64,000 nucleotides of DNA, taken from Bacteroidota bacterium (GTDB lineage Bacteria > Bacteroidota > Bacteroidia > Palsa-965). The translations under genes and the position numbers were made by a program. The stretch covers positions 66,330 to 130,329 of the forward strand of contig JANOCU010000031.1 of the NCBI GenBank assembly GCA_031412295.1. The letters are read 5' to 3'. A model generated the notes under the pieces. That model saw nothing but the letters and a program-made list of their open reading frames with translations, made no database searches and was not told where the DNA came from. Shown one piece after another: positions 10,012 to 19,328 of this stretch. Every line of letters begins with the position of its first letter. Positions within the stretch are counted from its first letter, which is position 1.

Positions 10012-10869
10012 TTAGGTTCGCTTGTATTTACGTTCGTCTTTCGGAAGTATTGCTAACAGATCTGTTGAAGCAGGTAATGCAGGTTGTTGTGGTTTTGGTT
10101 CTTCCTTTGGCTTTTCACTGAGGTCGTGATATGGATTTTGAGCAGAAAGATGTTTTTCGGTTTCTGTATTTTGAAGCGTATCTATTCCTGGTAGTTGAGG
10201 AGAATATTTTTTCCACCCAATAAGTATTTTACGCAATGTATCGCTGATGATATTTGGTGTTTTATAATCCGGTTCTCTAATATAAACCGCAATCCCATTA
10301 CCCAACCAATCTGTCAACCAGGTATCAATGCAAATAGTAGTTATAATGACAGGATGGGAAGAAGGAAGCCAAACATACTGTAACCGTGAGGAATCAGGAG
10401 GCATTGTTGCTAAATGTAAAATCGAATCAGCCGCAGGAACAACAACATCGCTCAGGGAAGTTGAATCTATTAAAGAAGAATCTGCTTGTAAAACCGGTTG
10501 TTTAGCTAACTGTGAAGTATCAGGAGTATTTGCATTATGAATCACTTCAAAGTATTGGGCTTTTAATTGTTTTCCGAAAAATGTCAATGGAATCAGCGCG
10601 AGTGTTCTCCACCATTTTGCATTACCAGATTTTTCAGGAAGAAGATTAAAAGGACGATTCAATTGTGCCTTCGAATATTTTCCGCAGGCATTACCACCGC
10701 TATGACGAAAGTGAAGCATTAATTCATCATCGCTCATTTTCGAAAAGTCGGTGATCACTTTTTCGCATGACGAACAATACCGTTGATTTTTGTCAACAGC
10801 AGTCATTCCATTCCAGGGAACAGTACACGGTTCAGGAATTGAAAATTGTATTTGGCTTTGCCGGGCCAT
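10012..10869 (-). CDS. Hypothetical exported protein with N-terminal Cys4 motif (paralog 1)
   Basis: IPEPCTVPW..M..RYCSSCEKV.DFS.MSDDE..CG, then hydrophobic segment ending LKAQ; its stop abuts the ATG of paralog 2. Confidence 0.75.
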   Translation of the reverse strand: MARQSQIQFSIPEPCTVPWNGMTAVDKNQRYCSSCEKVITDFSKMSDDELMLHFRHSGGNACGKYSKAQLNRPFNLLPEKSGNAKWWRTLALIPLTFFGKQLKAQYFEVIHNANTPDTSQLAKQPVLQADSSLIDSTSLSDVVVPAADSILHLATMPPDSSRLQYVWLPSSHPVIITTICIDTWLTDWLGNGIAVYIREPDYKTPNIISDTLRKILIGWKKYSPQLPGIDTLQNTETEKHLSAQNPYHDLSEKPKEEPKPQQPALPASTDLLAILPKDERKYKRT

Positions 10870-10960
10870 GCTCTAAAGTATAGAGAATGGAAATGCGTGC
10901 TAAAAAAATTAACACATGTAGGGGAAATTTAACAAGCGGAAAAATGAATCAGGAAGAAAA

Positions 10961-12193
10961 TTATTTTTTCCACAACAGGCTGCTATCACCGTAGCTTAAA
11001 AAACGAAAATCATTTTTCAATGCGTAGTCATATACGCGCTTACAATCGTCACCGATAAAAGCGGAAACAAGCAGGAGCAAGGTGCTTTGTGGCTGATGAA
11101 AATTCGTGATCAATGCATCCACAACTTTAAACGAATAACCGGGTGCAATTAAAATTTGCGTGAATCCTGTCAGCTCGCTGTGATTATTTTCCTGCATCCA
11201 ATCAAGAATTGCACGTAATGCCACAGGCAAAGGAACTTCGGGAGAATTGTCATACGGTTCCCATTGTCCGACAAATAACGAATCGAAATGCCGGCCGGGC
11301 TGCGTTATGATTTGTTTGCCGAACCAATAAATGCTTTCCAGTGTGCGCAACGCTGTAGTTCCGACTGCAATAACGGGCGCATCTTTTTGCAGCAGTATTT
11401 TTTCAATCAGCGCTCGCGGAATAATTACCTGCTCACGGTGCATATCGTGATCGCTCATCTGCTCTGCTTTCACGGGCTTAAATGTTCCGGCCCCAACATG
11501 AAGCGTAACATTTTCGAACTTGATATTTTTCGCTTCAAGTGTTTTGAGCACAGAAGGTGTAAAATGCAATCCCGCCGTTGGTGCAGCCACAGAACCATTA
11601 TGCTGCGCGTAAATTGTTTGATAACGTTCTTCATCCACCACTTCTTCTTCTCGGTTGAGATATGGTGGCAATGGAATTTTTCCTGCAGCTTCTATGATTT
11701 CTGCGAAGGAAAGATCGTCAGGCGTCCACGAAAGTTTTATCACAGATTGATCGCCTGCATTTCCTTCGCGTGTAGCATTAAGAATGATTTCCGTTTCTCC
11801 CGAATTAATTTTTGTCACTAACGCTTCATCATCCTTCCATCGTTTCCCATTCCCGATAAACGCGCGCAGCACCACTTCTTTTTTCGATTGCAGCATCCTG
11901 ACAAAATTGACAGAGCTATCAGCAGCATCCGTGCAAAAAATTTCCACTGTCGCCCCGCTGATACGTTGCATGAAAATTCTTGCTCTTACAACCCGTGTAT
12001 TATTAAAAACGAGCAACGTATTTTCAGAAATTTCTTCCTTGATCTGAAAAAATAATTTCTCTGTAATTTTTCCCTCACGATAGATCAGCAACTTCGAAGC
12101 ATCTCTTTCTTCCGCAGGATAACGCGCAATGCGATCCTCCGGTAATTCGTAGGTAAAATCTTTAATGGAAAGTATTCCCGGGTGGTTTGTCAT
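10961..12193 (-). CDS. queA: S-adenosylmethionine:tRNA ribosyltransferase-isomerase
   Basis: PLPPY, YQT.YA..GSVAAPTAGLHF, TLHVGAGTF, TNFHQP, FLSYGD; ATG 12193 preferred because TACCTTTG lies at 12203-12210. Confidence 0.95.
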   Translation of the reverse strand: MTNHPGILSIKDFTYELPEDRIARYPAEERDASKLLIYREGKITEKLFFQIKEEISENTLLVFNNTRVVRARIFMQRISGATVEIFCTDAADSSVNFVRMLQSKKEVVLRAFIGNGKRWKDDEALVTKINSGETEIILNATREGNAGDQSVIKLSWTPDDLSFAEIIEAAGKIPLPPYLNREEEVVDEERYQTIYAQHNGSVAAPTAGLHFTPSVLKTLEAKNIKFENVTLHVGAGTFKPVKAEQMSDHDMHREQVIIPRALIEKILLQKDAPVIAVGTTALRTLESIYWFGKQIITQPGRHFDSLFVGQWEPYDNSPEVPLPVALRAILDWMQENNHSELTGFTQILIAPGYSFKVVDALITNFHQPQSTLLLLVSAFIGDDCKRVYDYALKNDFRFLSYGDSSLLWKK

Positions 12194-12329
12194 AGAAGAT
12201 TGCAAAGGTAATTTTTCATTCTCGTTTTCCTTCATTTATCTGTATTCATTGCTTTATTAAGGTATTTTGAACGGGTAAGAAAATAATATAAACGTCTTTT
12301 TTCGCGAATCAATGCATCGTAAACTTGTA

Positions 12330-12510
12330 TCCTCAACATTAAGCAACAATACAATCGATATAAGTCAAATTACTGAGTTTGGATTTCGGAAGTCATTAAA
12401 GTCCGGGCTTGATACACCGGGGACTGAAATGGTTTTCTTACTTCTGATTTTTAAACTTCCCTTGTGTTTGGTGAAAACGGTCTCAACCCTGGGACCGTTT
12501 TTTATTTTCT
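12330..12510 (+). ncRNA. Candidate small RNA between queA and rprX
   Basis: -7-like TAAACTTG at 12320-12327 and a terminator hairpin at 12474-12510 with no credible ORF in between. Confidence 0.35.
12474..12510 (+). terminator. Rho-independent terminator-like hairpin in a divergent intergenic region
   Basis: AAAACGGTCTCA-accc-TGGGACCGTTTT followed by TTATTTT. Confidence 0.6.
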
Positions 12511-12572
12511 ACGTAAAGTATACATGTAGAAACTAATGCCCGTTCATATTTATCTCATTCGTTTTCTCCTCA

Positions 12573-12622
12573 GTTAAAGAATGTTAACCACTCGCAGAAG
12601 GGGAAGGGGTTTGTTAATTTTG
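12573..12622 (+). promoter_or_regulatory. rprXY promoter: GTTAA direct repeats (12573, 12583) and -7 box TAATTTTG (12615-12622)
   Basis: 10-bp-period GTTAA repeat resembles an OmpR-family site (inference); exact TAnnTTTG 6 nt before ATG 12629. Confidence 0.5.
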
Positions 12623-12628
12623 TTAAGA

Positions 12629-14194
12629 ATGAAAATTGTCTCGCCTAAACTTATCACATTTCTCGCAGGTACCGCCTTGATCGGTCTTTGTGTGATCCAG
12701 TATTATTGGATCAGCGGGGCGGTGGATCAGAAGCGAGAGCATTTCGGGCAGGATGTTCGTGAGGCAATGATTGCAGTGTCGAGAAATTACAGCCACAATC
12801 AAACGGGTTCACGTTTACGCCGCAAGCTTAGCTATCGTCGGCAGAGTTTTGTTACTAATCCGTATAAATCACAAACCGGAAAAGTAAATGTGTACGAAGA
12901 ATTCGTTTCTGATTCCGGTGGAAATAAACAAACGAGCTCGCGAACAAGAAGCTATCCGGGTGATACATTATCGCGTGAGCATAATCATGCAATGACCGCC
13001 AATAATATCGCGGCCAATGCAGAACGTCCATCGAATATGAATCCGCAAACTGACCACAGCTCAGTACCGGGCATCTTCAATAATTTATTTGATGAGGTTA
13101 TTCATATCAATGTGTATAATGACTTTTCAAATTTTCTCGATACTTCGTTAGTTGATTCGCTTTTGCGCAATGAGCTGATGAGCCGCGGAATCAATACACG
13201 TTATGTGTATGCGATTTTAAATTCTCCGGTTTATAAATTTGATATCAAACATCCTTCAGGAAACGCTTACCAGGATAGTTTGATCACCAGCCGTTATCGT
13301 GTTGCGCTTACTGCCGACAATCTTTTTTCGCAGCCCCGCATGCTTTCGATTTATTTTCCGAATGAGCAGGGCTATATTCTGCGTTCAATGTGGCTGATGC
13401 TGATCCTTTCGGCAATGTTTATTCTTTTTATCATCCTGTTATTCTATTATTCCATCTCAACTATTTTCCGCCAGAAACATTTATCGGAGATCAAAAATGA
13501 TTTCATCAGCAACATGACGCACGAGCTGAAAACTCCTATCTCTACCATTTCACTTGCATGCGAAGTTTTAGGAGATGATGCAATCGCTAAAACAAAAGAG
13601 CGAACCGATCGTTATCTCACCATGATCAAGGAAGAGAATAAACGATTGGGTGTATTGGTAGAAAATGTTTTGCAGACAGCACTTCTCGACAAAGGCAATT
13701 TCAAGCTCAAGCCAATTAATATTGATCTGCATGAAATTATTTTGCAGGCTGTAGGAAGTGTTCAGCTTGCGATTGATAAAAAGGGTGGTGAGATTTCCTG
13801 CTCATTGCGTGCGAAGAAGTTTGAAATTTTCGCAGATCATACACATGTTCAGAATGTGATTTACAATTTGCTTGATAATGCAATTAAATACACACCGGAA
13901 AAACCGAATATCCGAATCTACACAGAAGATCTTCCGACCGGAATTGAATTTTGTGTGCAGGATAATGGAATCGGAATTTCGCGTGACCAACAGAAAAAAA
14001 TCTTTGAAAAGCTATACCGCGTTCCCACCGGAAATATTCACGATGTAAAAGGCTTCGGACTCGGTTTGAGTTACGTGAAAGCGATCGTGGAAAAGCATGG
14101 TGGAGAAATTTGGGTAGAAAGTGAACCGGGGCGCGGAAGTAATTTCCATGTACGGTTGCCATATATTTTAGACGAAAAACCCTCCTTGTCATGA
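12629..14194 (+). CDS. rprX: Sensor histidine kinase (HisKA + HATPase), RprX-like
   Basis: Two TMs; FISNMTHELKTP H-box, NLLDNAIKY, DNGIGI, GFGLGL; ATG 12629 preferred; adjacent to RprY-like regulator. Confidence 0.8.
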   Translation: MKIVSPKLITFLAGTALIGLCVIQYYWISGAVDQKREHFGQDVREAMIAVSRNYSHNQTGSRLRRKLSYRRQSFVTNPYKSQTGKVNVYEEFVSDSGGNKQTSSRTRSYPGDTLSREHNHAMTANNIAANAERPSNMNPQTDHSSVPGIFNNLFDEVIHINVYNDFSNFLDTSLVDSLLRNELMSRGINTRYVYAILNSPVYKFDIKHPSGNAYQDSLITSRYRVALTADNLFSQPRMLSIYFPNEQGYILRSMWLMLILSAMFILFIILLFYYSISTIFRQKHLSEIKNDFISNMTHELKTPISTISLACEVLGDDAIAKTKERTDRYLTMIKEENKRLGVLVENVLQTALLDKGNFKLKPINIDLHEIILQAVGSVQLAIDKKGGEISCSLRAKKFEIFADHTHVQNVIYNLLDNAIKYTPEKPNIRIYTEDLPTGIEFCVQDNGIGISRDQQKKIFEKLYRVPTGNIHDVKGFGLGLSYVKAIVEKHGGEIWVESEPGRGSNFHVRLPYILDEKPSLS

Positions 14195-14892
14195 CAGAAA
14201 CAGAAGCAAAAGCAAAAATTCTTCTTGCCGAAGATGATCCGAACTTAGGTCGCCTTTTACAGGAGTATCTCGATGCAAAAGGTTACACCACCGTTCTCGC
14301 CACCAATGGCAAAGAAGGATTTGACCAGTTCCGAAAGGGAACGTTTGATCTTTGTTTGCTGGATGTGATGATGCCGGTAAAGGATGGTTACACTTTAGCA
14401 AAAGAGATCAGGACAGTGAATCACGAAATTCCGATCGTGTTTCTCACTGCGAAATCGATGAAGGAAGATACGATCGAAGGATTCAATGCAGGAGCCGATG
14501 ATTATATCACCAAACCATTCAGCATGGAAGAATTGCTGCTGCGTTTGAAAGCGATCCTTCGCAGAACAAAAGGCGGAGCGCTCAACATGGAGCAAACGCT
14601 TTTCACGATCGGTGATTATAAATATGATTACACGCGCCAGATGCTGGAGTTCGGCGACAAAGCACAAAAGCTTACTTCGAAAGAAGCTGATCTGCTTCGT
14701 TTGCTTGCGTTGCATAAAAATGAAGTGCTTGATCGTTCCTTCGCTTTAAACACAATCTGGGGCGACGACAGCTATTTCAATTCACGCAGCATGGACGTTT
14801 ACATCGCGAAGTTGAGAAAATACCTGAAAGACGACCCAACCGTTGAGATCATGAATATCCACGGAAGAGGATTCCGGTTGATTGCAAAATAA
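14191..14892 (+). CDS. rprY: OmpR-family response regulator, RprY-like
   Basis: ILLAEDDPNLG, DVMMP.KDG, FLTAK, ADDYITKPFSMEEL, RSMDVYIAKLRKYL. Confidence 0.88.
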   Translation: MTETEAKAKILLAEDDPNLGRLLQEYLDAKGYTTVLATNGKEGFDQFRKGTFDLCLLDVMMPVKDGYTLAKEIRTVNHEIPIVFLTAKSMKEDTIEGFNAGADDYITKPFSMEELLLRLKAILRRTKGGALNMEQTLFTIGDYKYDYTRQMLEFGDKAQKLTSKEADLLRLLALHKNEVLDRSFALNTIWGDDSYFNSRSMDVYIAKLRKYLKDDPTVEIMNIHGRGFRLIAK

Positions 14893-14897
14893 TTACG

Positions 14898-14987
14898 GGG
14901 TACGAAAAACGAAAAAGGTACGAACCTCAAAAGAGTCGTACCTTTTTTGTTTTTTGCCTTTTCACCCTGATTTCGTTTTTCGTACCC
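14898..14987. repeat. Nested inverted repeat / bidirectional terminator
   Basis: Perfect 17-bp arms GGGTACGAAAAACGAAA (14898-14914) / 14971-14987; inner 12-bp stem AAAAAGGTACGA / TCGTACCTTTTT; lies between convergent genes. Confidence 0.75.
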
Positions 14988-14988
14988 T

Positions 14989-15954
14989 TTAAAATTTTAC
15001 GCCAAATCCAACACCAAGCACTTGCCTGAATTGTAAGCGTGGACCTTTTCCATCGATGATCCCATCGCGCGGACTATTATCGATTTCAATATTTACATCA
15101 TGATCGTAGATGATCTGCGAAGCAAGTGAAGCGGTAATAAATTTATTCACCTTCATCGTGATCAGCGTTTCAGCATTGATGTCAATATTTTCCGGGCGAT
15201 CGAGGTAATTGGTGAACAATTCTAAACGCGCTTTGAAATTTACATTGGTCATAATTTCAGCCTGGTATTGTGCGCGCACATAACCACCGAACTCATAACG
15301 AACATGCTCTCCCGGAACAAGACGCTCACCGGAAGTATCATATTCCGCCGCTTTCACACCGTAAGCGCCCTGGTCGGCAAGCTCCTGATTTCTTACGTAA
15401 GTTACTTTTCCTGTAATAGGCGCGATGAAAAGCGAAAACCTTTTGTTTGGTTTGTAATCAAGCCCGATCGCTAAAATGGTGTAGGCAGGAGATAAGAATT
15501 CCGATACAAGTGTACGTGCAGTGTCGCCCTGGAAATTATAACCTTCAATGAACTGCGTTTTAAAACCCAACAATGCGGAATAGTACCACACATCACTAAA
15601 TGCATAACGCGAATATTTTGAAGTAAGATCAATCCGGTCGTCTGTTTTACGAACGAATCCTTTGCCTTGCTGCACAAGTCCGAATGCAAAATCACCACTG
15701 TTTTCCCATGTAGTGGAATCTTTTCTATAATTTACATAGAGCCCGAGAAGCAATTGGCCAGATAGAGAATTCACACCACCGGCAGCCCAGTTATTATAGG
15801 TAGTTTGTGTAAAATTAAAACCAAAGTTTCCGCCTTTTTTCCAGTGGCGTGGCAACGGTTCTGTTTTAACTTTCAACGTATCAGTTACTGCAGGTGCCTG
15901 GGAAAAAGCAAAGAATGGAAACAGGATAAATGCAAAAAGTAAAATGCGTTTCAT
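14989..15954 (-). CDS. DUF3078 family outer-membrane beta-barrel protein
   Basis: Signal peptide MKRILLF..FSQ; NW.AGG, RKTDDRI, GLDYKP, alternating beta strands, C-terminal Phe. Confidence 0.85.
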   Translation of the reverse strand: MKRILLFAFILFPFFAFSQAPAVTDTLKVKTEPLPRHWKKGGNFGFNFTQTTYNNWAAGGVNSLSGQLLLGLYVNYRKDSTTWENSGDFAFGLVQQGKGFVRKTDDRIDLTSKYSRYAFSDVWYYSALLGFKTQFIEGYNFQGDTARTLVSEFLSPAYTILAIGLDYKPNKRFSLFIAPITGKVTYVRNQELADQGAYGVKAAEYDTSGERLVPGEHVRYEFGGYVRAQYQAEIMTNVNFKARLELFTNYLDRPENIDINAETLITMKVNKFITASLASQIIYDHDVNIEIDNSPRDGIIDGKGPRLQFRQVLGVGFGVKF

Positions 15955-15964
15955 AATAATTTCT

Positions 15965-16459
15965 TTAAGATTTAATTGGGTTGTCTGATGGTTTAAGCAA
16001 ATCAGGGGTATGTGATTGTTTAAGAAGATCACGTATTTCGGTAAGCAATAATTCTTCTTTGGTTGGTTCTGCTACAGGTTCAGGGATTGCATCCTGTTTG
16101 CGCTTCATCCTGTTCACTCCTTTTACTACGAGGAAAATAACAAACGCAACAATGAGGAAATCAAAAATGGTATTGATAAAAAGACCATAACGAACCGCAA
16201 TCTCCGGAACTTTTGCCTGGATAACTGTCCCTGTTGGCGATTTGATTTCTTCAATGCCTTTTTGCAGAAGCCATTGTTGATCCTTAATATCCACATTACC
16301 CAAAAGCTTACCAATCGGGGGCATGATAACATCATTGATGAGCGAAGAAGTGATCTTACCAAAAGCAGCACCAATTACAACACCTACAGCAAGGTCGATG
16401 ATGTTGCCACGCATGGCAAACTCTTTGAATTCAGTTATGAAAGCGGAGGTTCGTTTCAT
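15965..16459 (-). CDS. mscL: Large-conductance mechanosensitive channel
   Basis: EFKEFAMRGNIIDLAVGVVIGAAFGKI, LLTEIRDLL. Confidence 0.97.
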   Translation of the reverse strand: MKRTSAFITEFKEFAMRGNIIDLAVGVVIGAAFGKITSSLINDVIMPPIGKLLGNVDIKDQQWLLQKGIEEIKSPTGTVIQAKVPEIAVRYGLFINTIFDFLIVAFVIFLVVKGVNRMKRKQDAIPEPVAEPTKEELLLTEIRDLLKQSHTPDLLKPSDNPIKS

Positions 16460-16527
16460 GGGTCGCACTAAATTAGAGGGGTCAAGAGGGATTGGCATAA
16501 GTTTTTCGATTATATGAGGGAATTTGT

Positions 16528-17310
16528 CTACAGATTGCCGGTGCGACCACCATCAACCGGAAGATTGATACCGTTGATGTAAGCCGCTGCAGGTGAAGCT
16601 AAAAATGCAATCGCAGCCGCAACTTCATCAGGCGCAGCAAACCGTCCGGCAGGAATTTCATGGATCATTTCTTTCGCCGCATCGTCTTTCGATATTCCTG
16701 TTTTGTTCGATTTATTCTCAAGAATAGAATCAAGTCGTTGCGTAGCTGTTGCGCCCGGTAAAACATTATTTACCGTAATGCCGAATGATGCAACTTCCAT
16801 TGAAAGTGTTTTTGCCCAATTCGCCACTGCAGCACGGATTGTATTCGAAACGCCAAGACCTTTCAAAGGAATTTTTACTGAAGTGGAAATCACATTGATG
16901 ATGCGTCCGAAATTTGCGGCTTTCATTCCCGGCAATAATGACTGCACAAGAATGTGATTGCACAACAAATGGTTTGAAAATGCATCCACAAATTCTTCCG
17001 GTTTTGCTTCTGTGATTGGTCCGCCGGGAGGTCCGCCGGTATTGTTGATGAGAATATGAAAAACAGTTCCCTTGTGCAGGTATTTTCCAACAGCTTCGCG
17101 GACAGCTTGAGGATTAGAAAAATCAGCGATGATATAATCGTGGGTTCCATCACCGGGAAGATCTGCAACTGCATTTTTCAATCGCGCTTCATTTCTTGCA
17201 ACAAGCGTAACGTTCGCGCCGAGCAATGCAAGCTCGATAGCAGCAGCTTTTCCGATTCCCTGTGTGCTTCCGCAGACAAGCGCGTGTTTTCCGGTAAGAT
17301 CTAAGTTCAT
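16528..17310 (-). CDS. SDR family oxidoreductase (atypical active site)
   Basis: CGSTQGIG Rossmann motif, NNTGGP, SNTIR in place of YxxxK, INLPVDGG. Confidence 0.9.
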   Translation of the reverse strand: MNLDLTGKHALVCGSTQGIGKAAAIELALLGANVTLVARNEARLKNAVADLPGDGTHDYIIADFSNPQAVREAVGKYLHKGTVFHILINNTGGPPGGPITEAKPEEFVDAFSNHLLCNHILVQSLLPGMKAANFGRIINVISTSVKIPLKGLGVSNTIRAAVANWAKTLSMEVASFGITVNNVLPGATATQRLDSILENKSNKTGISKDDAAKEMIHEIPAGRFAAPDEVAAAIAFLASPAAAYINGINLPVDGGRTGNL

Positions 17311-17330
17311 GCGGCAAAGGTAATCGGAAA

Positions 17331-17460
17331 GGGACGAGGGACGGAAAGAAAAGGGGACGAGGGACGGAAAATATAATCGTTGACAATAATTTTATGAGAA
17401 ATAATCAATGAACTTTTTTCTTTCCATTTGTGCGACGTCCCTATTTCGCCCCTCGCCCCC
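17331..17460. repeat. GGGACGA heptamer-based direct and inverted repeats between divergent promoters
   Basis: GGGACGAGGGACGGAAA at 17331-17347 and 17354-17370; degenerate inverted copies at 17436-17460. Confidence 0.7.
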
Positions 17461-17497
17461 TTTTTTAGTAACTTCGTCAGGACAAAAATTTAATCTC

Positions 17498-18031
17498 ATG
17501 ATAACACGCCCTTTTAATTTCAAAAAGTGGATCGATGAAAATCGACACTTACTTAAACCGCCGGTGAATAATAAGGTGGTGTATAAAGACACTGAATTTA
17601 TTGTGATGGTGGTGGGCGGACCGAATTCACGAAAGGATTTTCATTTTAATGAGAGTGAAGAATTCTTTTACCAGCTCGAAGGAAATATAAAAGTGCGCAT
17701 CCAGGAAGACGGGAAAGCGGTTGACGTGCCGATCAATGAAGGAGATATTTTTCTTTTACCTCCGAATGTTCCGCACAATCCGATACGTGGTGAAAATTCA
17801 ATCGGCCTGGTGATGGAAAGAAGACGTCGTGAAGGTGAACGAGACGGATTGATGTGGTTCTGCGAAAATTGCAATGAAAAATTATACGAAGAACATTTCA
17901 TGCTCACCGATATTCAGAACCAGTTCCAGGGTGTTTTCGAAAAATTTTACGGCAGCGAAGAATTACGCACGTGCAAAAAATGCGGAACAGTAATGCAACC
18001 TCCGGAACCTGTAAAAGTGAGCAGTCATTAA
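17498..18031 (+). CDS. nbaC: 3-hydroxyanthranilate 3,4-dioxygenase
   Basis: LKPPVNNK, VGGPNSRKDFH, EEFFYQL, VPHNP; rubredoxin-like CENC..CKKC; ATG 17498 preferred. Confidence 0.95.
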   Translation: MITRPFNFKKWIDENRHLLKPPVNNKVVYKDTEFIVMVVGGPNSRKDFHFNESEEFFYQLEGNIKVRIQEDGKAVDVPINEGDIFLLPPNVPHNPIRGENSIGLVMERRRREGERDGLMWFCENCNEKLYEEHFMLTDIQNQFQGVFEKFYGSEELRTCKKCGTVMQPPEPVKVSSH

Positions 18032-18033
18032 TT

Positions 18034-18104
18034 ATTCAAGATTCAAGATTCGAAATTCAATATTGGAAATTTTAATCTTGAATCTTGAATGTTGAATCTT
18101 GAAT
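18034..18104. repeat. Inverted heptamer arrays (ATTCAAG)x4 / (CTTGAAT)x4
   Basis: Directly visible between the 3-HAO and ACMSD genes. Confidence 0.85.
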
Positions 18105-18109
18105 TCCTT

Positions 18110-19138
18110 ATGAATCATTTCTCTATTGACATTCACACCCATATTCTTCCTGAAAATATTCCGGGATGGAAAGAAAAATTCGGGTATGGTGGATTTATTC
18201 AACTCGATCACCATTCCGATAGCCATCGGAATTGTTGTGCGCGGATGATCCGTGATGATGGAAAATTCTTTCGCGAGATTGAAGACAATTGCTGGAGCGC
18301 GGAAAGAAGAATGCAGGAATGTGATGCGCATCATGTGAATGTGCAAGTGCTTTCTACTGTGCCCGTGATGTTTTCCTATTGGGCAAAACCAGATGATTGT
18401 TTGGAGATTTCAAAATTCCTCAATGATCATATTGCAGAAATTGTAACGCGTTTCCCAAAACGATTTGTCGGTCTCGGAACAATTCCGATGCAGGATCCGA
18501 AGCTGGCGATACTGGAATTAGCGCGTTGCAAAAGCATTGGATTAAAAGGAATCCAGATCGGCACAAACATTAACCAGGAAAATCTGAACGAAGAAAAATA
18601 TTTTGAAATTTTTGCAGCTTGCCAGGAATTGGACATGGCAGTTTTTATTCACCCGTGGGAAATGATGGGTGAAAAAGAAATGCAGAAATACTGGCTGCCG
18701 TGGCTCGTGGGAATGCCAGCAGAAACAACACGCGCAATTGCATCGCTGATCTTTGGCGGTGTGATGGAACGTTTACCAAATTTGCGAATTGCTTTTGCGC
18801 ATGGCGGAGGATCTTTTCCTGCAACAGTCGGAAGATTGCAACACGGTTTCGATTGCAGACCTGATTTGGTTGCGATCGATAATAAAATAAATCCGAAAAG
18901 CTACATCGGAAAATTCTGGATTGATTCTTTAGTGCACGATCCGAACATGCTGGATTTTGTGGTGAATCAATTCGGTGCAAATCGTGTTGCGCTGGGAAGT
19001 GATTATCCGTTTCCGCTTGGAGAAAATGTTCCGGGTGATTTGATACGCGGAATGAATTGGGATGATGCGAAGAAGGAAATGGTGTTGAGTGGTGCGGCGC
19101 TTGAATGGTTGGGGATGGAGAAAAAAGATTTCATTTAG
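18110..19138 (+). CDS. nbaD: 2-amino-3-carboxymuconate-6-semialdehyde decarboxylase (ACMSD, amidohydrolase 2)
   Basis: IDIHTH, QVLSTVPVMFSYW, FIHPW, WLVGMPAET, AHGGG, GSDYPFPLGE; follows 3-HAO. Confidence 0.92.
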   Translation: MNHFSIDIHTHILPENIPGWKEKFGYGGFIQLDHHSDSHRNCCARMIRDDGKFFREIEDNCWSAERRMQECDAHHVNVQVLSTVPVMFSYWAKPDDCLEISKFLNDHIAEIVTRFPKRFVGLGTIPMQDPKLAILELARCKSIGLKGIQIGTNINQENLNEEKYFEIFAACQELDMAVFIHPWEMMGEKEMQKYWLPWLVGMPAETTRAIASLIFGGVMERLPNLRIAFAHGGGSFPATVGRLQHGFDCRPDLVAIDNKINPKSYIGKFWIDSLVHDPNMLDFVVNQFGANRVALGSDYPFPLGENVPGDLIRGMNWDDAKKEMVLSGAALEWLGMEKKDFI

Positions 19139-19328
19139 CAGGTAATAACCCGCTTGTTATCCGCCAAATCCGCGTCATCTGTGTTCTATTTTCACGCATG
19201 AGTGATACAGTGGAGCAAAGATGAAATGAACCAGTTTTATTTTTCAGGGTTTCTTTCGTTAACGGCCTATTCATTTTTTTCATTTTGTTTTATTAATTGT
19301 TTTTTTCTGAATTAAAACAAATCGCGCT

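Noticed and set aside
12194-12300. preQ1 riboswitch upstream of queA
   Set aside because: No room: the -7 box is 9 nt from the preferred start, and no consensus aptamer is visible
12312-12536. 74-aa ORF between queA and rprX
   Set aside because: Starts upstream of the candidate promoter and reads through the terminator hairpin; no recognisable motif
18032-18346. Minus-strand 104-aa ORF and the extended ACMSD start at 18089
   Set aside because: Derived from heptamer repeats and antisense to ACMSD; ATG 18110 fits the family N-terminus
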